From an uncultured Planctomycetaceae bacterium (lineage in GTDB: Bacteria; Planctomycetota; Planctomycetia; Planctomycetales; Planctomycetaceae), in assembly GCA_963815195.1 (NCBI GenBank), contig CAWFGE010000008.1, positions 288,001-352,000 of the forward strand: a stretch of DNA of 64,000 bases, in the 5' to 3' direction. A model generated the notes under the pieces. The model was not told where the DNA came from, searched no databases, and saw only the letters and a list, made by a program, of their open reading frames with translations. The position numbers were made by a program, and so were the translations under genes. Shown here in pieces: positions 18,310-26,871 of this stretch. The number at the start of each line of letters is the position of its first letter. Position 1 is the stretch's first letter.

Positions 18310-20661
18310 TTATCTTCTCGAGGCTTCATAAGCCCAGCGGGCGGCCGTGCAAGCCCGGCAGTTGCAATCCGGGTCAAAGCCCAAGTCCTCGTCCTCCTCA
18401 TCGTCGTACTCGTCCTCGTCGTCTTCCCCAAAACTGTTCGCAAACGCGTTGAAACTGAAGCCGAAAGGCCCGGACGAATCGTTTGCAGCCAAGTCGTCCA
18501 ACTCATCGGCCATCGAAGCGAACCAATAGCGGTAATAGGCATCCCGCTGCGATGACGCCATCTCGCGGACTTGCGAACCAAGTTCCCGGTATTCCGGCAC
18601 GCGCCAGCGGTAGCGGAGCTTGAGCACGGCATTCAGCTTGGCCGCCGCGAACATCGGGTGCTCTCTAACGGCTGGTTTGGAATACCAATGAGGCAATTTC
18701 AAGTCGTAGCCGTCATCCAGGAAACGAAGGTGGGAACATAACAAAATCGCCGACGGAACTCGCTCATCGTCGAGATGCTTGATCACCCAATTCGGGTTTT
18801 TCCGGAGGCACGCAAAGAGTTCGTTGGCGATCTTTCCGCCGTGCATGCGGTAAGCCGGGTAGACAAGCTCCGTGCGGTGCAGGTCCCAGAAAAAGCCGCT
18901 GACGTCAAGCAACTCTTCGTCGTCCAACTTGGAAAGCCTCTTGACGGTTTGATCGACCGAGGCCCGCAGCGGCTTCAGATTGGCGGCGGGCACGCGCATG
19001 TGTTGAGCCGCCCCCAGCATCATGCAGGCATCGGCCAAGGAATCCCTGGGCCTCCCCGCCTCTTCGCAGATCCGCTGCCGTTGGGCTTCGAACTCTTCGG
19101 TATGGCCCGCCCGCAAGGTGACGGCCGCCCGGAGATAAGGCAGCCAGTCCCGCGACAGCCAAGCGGGCCAGAGCCGCTCGGCTTCGTCCAGGCGGGCGGG
19201 AACGTCGGCCAGCCAGGCTTTCCGCCGGCACAGCCGCATCGCTTCCAGCAACTGCCACTTCCAAGGCGTGGCCCGCACGCGGGGGTCATCCTGCCGAGCC
19301 CCCGCCAGCCAATCGACATGCGGCTTGGCCTCGTCCATCTGCTCGTTTTCCAAGAGATAATCGACCAGCCACAGCCGCGGTTTGACATCCTCCGGCAAAG
19401 CCGCCGCCCAGTCTTTCATCACCTGGGCCTCTTCGTCCAAGATCGGCTCTCGCTCTGGCTTGGTCAGCCGGTCGTTCTCCAGCTTCGTTTCGAGCCAATC
19501 CACGTAAGTCTTGTAGGCGGACCGATTGGCAGGATAGGCTTTCATGGACGTCTTCAGATGCTTCCGCACGGCCTTGTCATCTTCCGAGTTTCGGAACATT
19601 AAGCCGAACGGCCCTTCGGGCGGCCGCATTTCCAACCGGGCTTCTTCCAGATGGATTTGACTCGCAATCGCCGCCCGGAGCGGTTCGGAAAGCTCCGCGT
19701 TTTTCGGCAGGTCGATTTCGAGATACTCTTTGAGTGCCCGGTTCGTGTTCCGGTCCGCATAGCCATCGTCGTCAAACTTCGCGAAATAGAAAAAGCTGAG
19801 CAGCAGGTTTCGGCGATCGTGACGGGGTCCTTGGAAGGTTCGGACCGCCTCTTCAAACATGTCAATGAAGTCCTGCGCGAACGCCCGGCCCAGCGCCGCG
19901 TGCTCTAAGGCGGCGACGAGATCCGGCTCGGTCTCCCGATACTCGGCCATAAAGCGTTTGAGCCAGCGAATTTTCCTCGGACCCAAGACCAATTCGGTGG
20001 ACTCCTCCGGAACGCGAACGCCCGTTTCCGCGATCTTGATCGCCGCCCGCTCGAACCGCACCCGCCGGAGGAGCTTGGCGTGATACAGCAGTTGATCATC
20101 CAACCGGCCGGCCCAGTCGCCGGGAAACGCCCCGTCCCCTTCCTCGGCTGATTTCGTTGCCGAAGCGTCTTGCAGGTCGGTGCGGAGGGCGTTCATCATC
20201 GCCGTCGCGATTCGCCCGGGCCGCCGGTCGAAGTCCAACCGCTTCCAAGCTTCGCCGGCGGTATCAAAATCGCCGGCCAACCACGCCGTCAGTCCGCGGA
20301 CGAACAACCGCCATTCGCTGAGCGGACTGCTGCGGGCGATCCCGGAAACTCGCTCGACAGCCTCCTCGCCGCGGGAATCACACGCCAGTTGCAGGGCTTC
20401 GCGAACCGCGAGGATTTGATGGATCAACTCGGGGTCGAATTTGACCAAGACCGAGTCGTCGCAAACGGCGGCGTCTTCCGGAGTCTCGCCGGGCCACGGG
20501 TGGGGAACTTGCCGCAACACCCGCTGCTGGTGCCGGGTGTTGCCCCCGGACGCGGTCTGGTTCTGTTGTCGAGAATCGCCCTGGCGTTCCTGCTGCGGGT
20601 TTTTTTTCTTCTTCCGTTTCTGCTTTTGCTTTGCCTTCCGGCGTTGTGATCTGGTCGCCAT
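18310..20661 (-). CDS. Large all-helical (TPR-like) hypothetical protein
   Basis: Basic N-terminus (RRKAKQKQKRKKKK), helical repeat-like body, acidic tail and C-terminal CNCRAC; first gene of the Hsp70 operon. Confidence 0.7.
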   Translation of the reverse strand: MATRSQRRKAKQKQKRKKKKNPQQERQGDSRQQNQTASGGNTRHQQRVLRQVPHPWPGETPEDAAVCDDSVLVKFDPELIHQILAVREALQLACDSRGEEAVERVSGIARSSPLSEWRLFVRGLTAWLAGDFDTAGEAWKRLDFDRRPGRIATAMMNALRTDLQDASATKSAEEGDGAFPGDWAGRLDDQLLYHAKLLRRVRFERAAIKIAETGVRVPEESTELVLGPRKIRWLKRFMAEYRETEPDLVAALEHAALGRAFAQDFIDMFEEAVRTFQGPRHDRRNLLLSFFYFAKFDDDGYADRNTNRALKEYLEIDLPKNAELSEPLRAAIASQIHLEEARLEMRPPEGPFGLMFRNSEDDKAVRKHLKTSMKAYPANRSAYKTYVDWLETKLENDRLTKPEREPILDEEAQVMKDWAAALPEDVKPRLWLVDYLLENEQMDEAKPHVDWLAGARQDDPRVRATPWKWQLLEAMRLCRRKAWLADVPARLDEAERLWPAWLSRDWLPYLRAAVTLRAGHTEEFEAQRQRICEEAGRPRDSLADACMMLGAAQHMRVPAANLKPLRASVDQTVKRLSKLDDEELLDVSGFFWDLHRTELVYPAYRMHGGKIANELFACLRKNPNWVIKHLDDERVPSAILLCSHLRFLDDGYDLKLPHWYSKPAVREHPMFAAAKLNAVLKLRYRWRVPEYRELGSQVREMASSQRDAYYRYWFASMADELDDLAANDSSGPFGFSFNAFANSFGEDDEDEYDDEEDEDLGFDPDCNCRACTAARWAYEASRR

Positions 20662-20924
20662 ACCACGTGTTCCACATTGTCCATGGGTGTCTGCTCGACT
20701 CGTCACGAAACAAGCCGAGAGGTCGCTCGAACCTCAAGTCGATTATCTCTTTTGACCGGATTTTTTGAAAGTCCCGGCCCGGCTTCCCCCCGCCCGAATG
20801 AAACGTCCTTCCGAATCAACATCGGGGTGAGAAATGGACTCATTTTCCAAAAAAGCGCGGATTCCGCAACCGACTGGCGAAGCGAAATCATGATTCACAC
20901 AATGATAACTCTGTGAACCTTGGC

Positions 20925-21171
20925 CTGGGCCCTTAAAAAATTGGTGTTGACGACGATTTGTCTTTGCGCAGCTTTTCGACCGTTCGTAAATTCAACTGTT
21001 TCAAATATGAGTACTTCCAACAATGCCTGAGCCGCGCACGAAGTAAGCGGTCTTACGTTCTCTGAGTCCCTGACAACCGCTTACTTCGTGCGCGGCTCTT
21101 GAAAACAAAACCAATTTCCTGAGCTTTTTTGGAACTTCTGAATTTGAGAAAAAGGACCGAAGGTCCGGCCC
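20925..21171. mobile_element. Second, inverted and truncated copy of the MITE
   Basis: Reverse complement of 14744-14990 over 247 bp, ~7 substitutions by manual count; has one TIR only and runs into REP-like sequence to ~21300. Confidence 0.85.
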
Positions 21172-21339
21172 GATGTCAGCCCACGGCGCAGCCCTGGGAA
21201 CGGGAACGAACAAAATGCTGAAGCCCCAACGGGGCGGCCCGAAATCGGAAATACGCAATGCCTTGTTCCGTGGCGAGAGCGGCCGCCCCCGTGGGGCTTG
21301 CGTTTCAGCCGGAACCGAAGCAGATGATGCCGGACGCCG

Positions 21340-22224
21340 CTAGGTCGACGGGATGCTCTTCCACGCGCGGGCGATGTAGTCGGGCAGATCGGAGGAAATC
21401 AGGCCGGGTTCGGAAAAATCCTCCGCGGCGAGGTCGGCGGCGCGGCCGTGGAGATAAACGCCGAAATGGGCGGCGTCAAACGCGGACAGGCCTTGTCCCC
21501 AAACGGCGGCGATCAGGCCGGTGAGCACATCGCCCGAACCGCCCGTCGCAAGGCCGCTGTTGCCGGTGGTGTTGATCGCCAGTTTTTCGCCGTCGGTGAT
21601 GATCGTGCCCCGCCCTTTCAGCACGAGGACGATGCCGTGCCGGGCGGCGAACTCGGCGGCGAGGGATTCGCGGTCTTTGAGGACCTCGGAAATCGGCCGA
21701 TCGATCAATCGCCCGAACTCGCCGGGGTGCGGCGTCAAGATTCTCGGCACGGGGCCGGCGTCGCAAGGAGGACGTTGGGACAAAACCTCGGGCGTGCGGG
21801 CGAGAAGATTGAGGCCATCGGCATCGACGACCAACCGCTTGGGGACCGAACGATAAAGCCAACCAACGAGCGCGGCCAAATCGTCCGATTGGCCCCACCC
21901 CGGCCCGCAGGCGATCACGTCGGCCTGTTCCGCGGGCGACGCGAGCCGCTCTTGTGCACCCGCGGCGATTCGGCCGTCCGCATCGTCCGGGAGCGGGATC
22001 GTGAGGTACGAAGGCTCCGCGCCGGCGACGATGGCAAGAATCCCCTCCGGGACGGCGAGAAACACGAGGCCCGCGCCGCCGCGCAAAGCCCCTTGCCCGG
22101 CGAGACAGGCGGCTCCGCTCATCCCGCGGCTGCCGGCCACAATCAGCACGCGGCCGAACGTGCCCTTGTGCCCTTCCGCCGGCCGCCGCGGCGCCGCGGG
22201 AATTTTTTCGATACGCTGGGGCAT
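21340..22224 (-). CDS. nnrD: ADP-dependent NAD(P)H-hydrate dehydratase
   Basis: HKGTFGRVLIVAGSRGMSGAA, GPGWG, VVDADGLN, LTPHPGEF, VLKG, LATGGSGDVLTG. Start MPQRIEK. Confidence 0.93.
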   Translation of the reverse strand: MPQRIEKIPAAPRRPAEGHKGTFGRVLIVAGSRGMSGAACLAGQGALRGGAGLVFLAVPEGILAIVAGAEPSYLTIPLPDDADGRIAAGAQERLASPAEQADVIACGPGWGQSDDLAALVGWLYRSVPKRLVVDADGLNLLARTPEVLSQRPPCDAGPVPRILTPHPGEFGRLIDRPISEVLKDRESLAAEFAARHGIVLVLKGRGTIITDGEKLAINTTGNSGLATGGSGDVLTGLIAAVWGQGLSAFDAAHFGVYLHGRAADLAAEDFSEPGLISSDLPDYIARAWKSIPST

Positions 22225-23915
22225 CACTCTTGCAAATTCTCTTCGGAGAAGTCGGCGAGGTATTTGCCCAGGAACCGGATCCAGCCCGGAGCGACCATCC
22301 ATTGGCCCGCCATGTCGTTGCCTTGGCGGGTGAACCGTCCCGCGAACTGGTCGTCGCCGGGCTGGCCGGCTTCGATCATCAGGCGGCGGTATTTTTTGAA
22401 GAGGTCGCTCCCGGCGTCCGCGTTGGTTTTGACCTGCAACTCGAGCCAGGGCGAGATCCGCCCGCTCACCGTCACAAACGGATCGCTGGCTTTGCCCGTG
22501 TTGGGCTTGGCCGCTTCCCGGATGGCGGCTTTCATGTCTTCCACGGCACTCGGACCGGACCCGAACCACACGGTGTCCGGCGACGTTCCGATGTGAACCT
22601 CATAACTTCCGAAGAAGTCCCGCAGGCCGGGGAATTGCTCTTGGGAGATCAAGAAGGAATGGATCTTCACGCCGCCTTCTTCGGCGACGTTCAGTTGGAC
22701 CTTTTGGCCGCCGCGGGTCTTGTCGAGCAATTTCAGAATGTCGATGACGGAATTCCCATTGACGGCTTTGAAGGCCCCGATCGCGGTGTTCGTGCCGTCG
22801 GCGCTCGGGTGGGCTTCGAAGAAGCCGTCGGCCATGCCCGCTTTCACGTTGTCGTTCAAAAACTTGAACGAGAGATCGATCACTTCTTCGGTGGCGTCTT
22901 TTTGCGATTCGGACTTCTTCGTGTTTTTGTCCACATCGTTGTGGGCGATTTTGCGGAGCAGATCGAACGTCTCCATAAGGTGCTTTTGATGCATCTCATC
23001 CAACGGCAGCCGGGCCCTGAGGCTCATGTTGGATTGGGGGGCCTTGGGCACGTTGGCGAAACTCAAGGGAGCTGTGCCGGTGTTCTGGATGGACCGGGCC
23101 AAAGGCGTGCCGGGGAGGGGCGTCAGCAGAAAATCGAGCGTGCCGATCTTTTTGTTCTGATCGAACTTCGCCACCAGCCGGGAATAGGCCGCTTCCGCGT
23201 AGATGCGTTCCAATTCATCGAGTTGATGCCCGAAGGTGAGCTTCCGCAGATCGAAGGCGTCTTGGGTTTCGGTTTTGGTTTTTTTCAGGTCCTTCGTCAA
23301 CTGCTCCCGCAAGCCGACGTCGCTGTTGAACGAATCGTGCCGCTGCTCCACGCCTTGCGGAACGTTGGTCAATTCGACGGCCGCGTTGTCGGTGAACGTC
23401 AACAGGTTGGCGACGGCCTGTTCGGGGGGCGGGGCTCCAAACGGCAGGTCCTGAAGTTTCTCCGCGAAGACGGCGTATTTATCGTGAAACCGCAGATAGC
23501 CTTTGAAGGTGCCGTTGGTGGAATACAGCCCGTTTGAAACGCGGCGCTGTTTGTTGATGCCGTTGGGGATCAGGTTTTGCTTCCAGAAGATTTGCTCGTC
23601 CTGCGGGTTCACGGGGATGGCGGGGCGATAGCGCACCGGACCTTCGCCGAAGATCCAATCCATCCGCACGAGCCGGGTTTTATCCACGCCGACGAGGAAC
23701 ACGTCCAGGTAATTCTTAATCACCTGGGTTTGTTTTTGCTCCTTGACGTTGGCGAGGCTCATCACGGCCTCCAGGTCCGCCAGCAGCCGGTTTGCGCCGG
23801 TTTGCATCATGCGGACTTGGGGTTCCAGGGAGGGCTTTTCCTGTTCCTGGGCCGGTAGCGGGGCGGTCCAGGAAAACACACCGACCAGGCAAGCGGCTAG
23901 CATTATGCGAGTCAC
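22224..23915 (-). CDS. Secreted hypothetical protein
   Basis: Signal peptide MTRIMLAACLVGVFSWTAPLPA; RBS AGGAG; stop overlaps the nnrD start. Confidence 0.75.
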   Translation of the reverse strand: MTRIMLAACLVGVFSWTAPLPAQEQEKPSLEPQVRMMQTGANRLLADLEAVMSLANVKEQKQTQVIKNYLDVFLVGVDKTRLVRMDWIFGEGPVRYRPAIPVNPQDEQIFWKQNLIPNGINKQRRVSNGLYSTNGTFKGYLRFHDKYAVFAEKLQDLPFGAPPPEQAVANLLTFTDNAAVELTNVPQGVEQRHDSFNSDVGLREQLTKDLKKTKTETQDAFDLRKLTFGHQLDELERIYAEAAYSRLVAKFDQNKKIGTLDFLLTPLPGTPLARSIQNTGTAPLSFANVPKAPQSNMSLRARLPLDEMHQKHLMETFDLLRKIAHNDVDKNTKKSESQKDATEEVIDLSFKFLNDNVKAGMADGFFEAHPSADGTNTAIGAFKAVNGNSVIDILKLLDKTRGGQKVQLNVAEEGGVKIHSFLISQEQFPGLRDFFGSYEVHIGTSPDTVWFGSGPSAVEDMKAAIREAAKPNTGKASDPFVTVSGRISPWLELQVKTNADAGSDLFKKYRRLMIEAGQPGDDQFAGRFTRQGNDMAGQWMVAPGWIRFLGKYLADFSEENLQE

Positions 23916-24015
23916 GCTGAGACTCCTTTATTGAATAAATGACTCGGATGATTGGGCGGAGCGCGCCTCGTTCCGTTCGCGAGGACAAACTGGCGCACGC
24001 GCTATGTCTCCAACG

Positions 24016-26535
24016 TCAGTTGGCCTTTGAGGACTTGGGTTTGGTTTCTGCTTTTGTTTCTTCAGGAGGCGGCGGCTCGACGGCGGCGATGAATCCGCGG
24101 TAGGCCGCGATTTGTTGGGTGGGGGACCAGGTTTGCTGTTCGAGTTCCTGCCAAACGGTCTCGCCCCGGCCGGTCGCCGTCGCCAGGGCGGAAATCAACT
24201 CGGCCGCGTCTTCGCCCATAAAGGGATCCCGCTTGAAGAGCACCCGTACGAACGACAAGGCTTTTTCCGTTTCGCCGGAGAGCACGGTTTGGGAGGCCAG
24301 GCGGAGAATCCAGCGGCGGCGCGCGACCTCAGGCAGGGCCTCCGTGCGGCCGCCCAGGTTCTCGGCCAGCTTGGCGATCTGGTTGTCTTTCATCCACCCG
24401 CGCGAATTTTCGACCAGCGCCTGACCGGGCGGTTTTGACAGGCGGAGTTCCTTGAGCTTCGCGGCCAAGGCGTCGGCTTGGGCGGAACCCTGCCCGCGAA
24501 GTTCGGCCAAGACGATCCAGGGCAGATCGGTTTCGAGATACGGTTCGGACGGGCCCGCGTCGCCGGAGGTTTTCAGGATTTCCGCTTGCACTTTGTCCGC
24601 CAGTTTCCAGCGGGCCGCGTGGGACAACAGCGACGCCTGCAATCCAAAGCGGAGCTCCGCGCGGGCTTTGAGGCCATTGACTTTCTGCGAATACGTGCGA
24701 AACGCCCGCCGGGCTTCGTCGCCGGATTGGATCCCGAGCGCGCTTTGCAAATCGCTCCGCACGAAGTCCGGAGAGGATGTCACTTCCCGTTCGAGCGTCG
24801 CGACCGCGGTGGGCGAAGGCGCGAGCGACCGCAGAATGTTGAGGCCTTGTTGAATGGACTGCCACGCGGCGTCGGTCTGCTGGAGCGCTGCCTGCAACCG
24901 GGCGACCTCGAACGCGGCGGCGGCGGTTGTGTTTAAGGGACCCGTCGCCGGGAATTTGGCTTCGTAGAGATCCTTCATCCCCGGAAGCGGCATCGGTTTG
25001 AGTTTCGGAAACGACTGAAGCGCCGTTTGGGCGGTCTTGAGCATCGACTCGGCTTGGGCTTGATTCCCAGCGGCCGCATACCGCTGCCCCATCCGCGCAT
25101 AAGCCCGCGCGGTGACCACCGGCTGCCAATCCGGGCCGGGCAACCCGGCGATCGCGGCCTCGAGGGCCTTCGCGTCCGCGGGTTGTTTCTCCAGGAGAGC
25201 ATTCGCAACAACGGCTTCGCCCCAGGCAATGAGCGCTTCGCTTTGCTCTGGAAGACTCGGAGCGGACTTGGCCCAATCGAGCCCGGCTTTGGCCTCGTCG
25301 TGGAACACCAACTGCCACACGACGCCCGACCACGCCGGATTCGCCGGCAGGATCAGCGGCCGATTGGCTTGGGCGGCTTCCAGGTTGAAGGTGCGATTCA
25401 GCGAGACGCTCATCACGTCCAGCCAAAGCTGCCCGTCGTCCGCATCGCCCAGGTCCCGTTTCATCAGCGGGGCGGTTTCGCCGGCTCGATCGAGGGCCGA
25501 CAACAGGGCGCTCAGCGAGACGGCTTCGTTCCACGACCCCTGGAGCGACGCCGGGACGTTCTGGGAAAACCGAAGGGCCTTGTCCGCGGCGTCTTTGGCC
25601 GACTCTTCCCGCTCCCGCTGTCTCCAGCCGATCTCCACCCAAGGTAGCACGCGGTAGTGCGGCTCATCGTCGCCGAACTTCGACAGCCGATCCATCTGGG
25701 CCTGGGCCTTTTCCACTTCGCCCATCTCGGCATACGCCACTGCGATCCAATGCACGCTGAGCGGTTTGTTGCGGTTCTGGAGCCGGCCGCCCGTCTGCTG
25801 TGAAATGCGAACCATCCGCTCGGGGGCCTCGGCCCGGAGTTTGGCCAGGTCCGGGCCTTCGGGCTGGACCGCGACCTGCGGTTTGGGATTGGGAGCGGTA
25901 TTTTCCGGGGAATCGGTCCGGTTGGAATTTTTATCGTTCGAGACGACAGGATTCGTGCCGTTCGCGGGCGGGGCTGTGGTGCCGTCGTTTCGGAACACAA
26001 AGTACCAGAGCCCCGCGCCGACGGCCGCGAGAAACGCGACGGAAATCAATCCCAACTGCGTGGTGGACAGGCCCGCGGGTTCAGGCGGAGCCTCTTCGAC
26101 CGGTGCGGGCGGCGGTTCGGGGCAGGTGAAGATCGGCACCAGGCATTTCGGGTTCGCACATTTGACTTCCCGCCCGCCGGCTTTCGGCGAGGTGTAGCCC
26201 GGGGTCTCGCACATCGGACACACGACTTTGTAGGTCCGTCCCTTGGTGGGTTTCGGCCTCATAGGAATCGCGCTCGACATCGCGACCTTGTCCACGGCGA
26301 ACGGCTCGTCTTGGCCGGGCGATTCCGAGGCGGGGGCGGTTTTTTTGGCGGGGGCTTTGGCTTTCGTCTTGGTTGCGGTTTTTTGGGGAGCGGGTTTTTC
26401 CGCCGGGGCGGGAGCAGGCTGGGCTTTCTTTTTTCCGGAAGGCTTCGCGGACATCGACTCGCCGCAAAACGGGCACTCGTCGACCTCGTCGTCGAGCACC
26501 GATTGACCGCAATGGGGACAGGTGGGCAGATCCAT
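24016..26535 (-). CDS. Membrane-anchored hypothetical protein with N-terminal Zn ribbons and TPR-like domain
   Basis: CPHC/CPFC and CPMC/CANPKC motifs, Pro/Lys linker, one TM (LISVAFLAAVGAGLWYFVF), helical C-terminal region. Confidence 0.75.
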   Translation of the reverse strand: MDLPTCPHCGQSVLDDEVDECPFCGESMSAKPSGKKKAQPAPAPAEKPAPQKTATKTKAKAPAKKTAPASESPGQDEPFAVDKVAMSSAIPMRPKPTKGRTYKVVCPMCETPGYTSPKAGGREVKCANPKCLVPIFTCPEPPPAPVEEAPPEPAGLSTTQLGLISVAFLAAVGAGLWYFVFRNDGTTAPPANGTNPVVSNDKNSNRTDSPENTAPNPKPQVAVQPEGPDLAKLRAEAPERMVRISQQTGGRLQNRNKPLSVHWIAVAYAEMGEVEKAQAQMDRLSKFGDDEPHYRVLPWVEIGWRQREREESAKDAADKALRFSQNVPASLQGSWNEAVSLSALLSALDRAGETAPLMKRDLGDADDGQLWLDVMSVSLNRTFNLEAAQANRPLILPANPAWSGVVWQLVFHDEAKAGLDWAKSAPSLPEQSEALIAWGEAVVANALLEKQPADAKALEAAIAGLPGPDWQPVVTARAYARMGQRYAAAGNQAQAESMLKTAQTALQSFPKLKPMPLPGMKDLYEAKFPATGPLNTTAAAAFEVARLQAALQQTDAAWQSIQQGLNILRSLAPSPTAVATLEREVTSSPDFVRSDLQSALGIQSGDEARRAFRTYSQKVNGLKARAELRFGLQASLLSHAARWKLADKVQAEILKTSGDAGPSEPYLETDLPWIVLAELRGQGSAQADALAAKLKELRLSKPPGQALVENSRGWMKDNQIAKLAENLGGRTEALPEVARRRWILRLASQTVLSGETEKALSFVRVLFKRDPFMGEDAAELISALATATGRGETVWQELEQQTWSPTQQIAAYRGFIAAVEPPPPEETKAETKPKSSKAN

Positions 26536-26871
26536 AAATCCTATCTTCTCGCGTCAGAGAACAGACAGCGGGGAAATCTCAAAAGTAGGGGACTTGAGTC
26601 GATTGAAGATACCATCTTAGAGAGCCGGTTGGCCAGTCTATGAACAATCGGGTGTGTGCAGAGATTATCAGCCGGTACGCGCTAGCCTCAATGAACCGGG
26701 GCTAGCGCCCTGCGGCGAATTGCGACACGTCTTCCTTTATTGATCCCCAATTCTCCGCCACGTCCCGATTCGATTCCGATCAGAGAATCCCGCTGGCATT
26801 TTGACGCGGCCAGCCAGGCGGGTTACCATGCAGAAAACCTTTTGTTGTTCGCCTGTTGTGATTTCAGCGAG

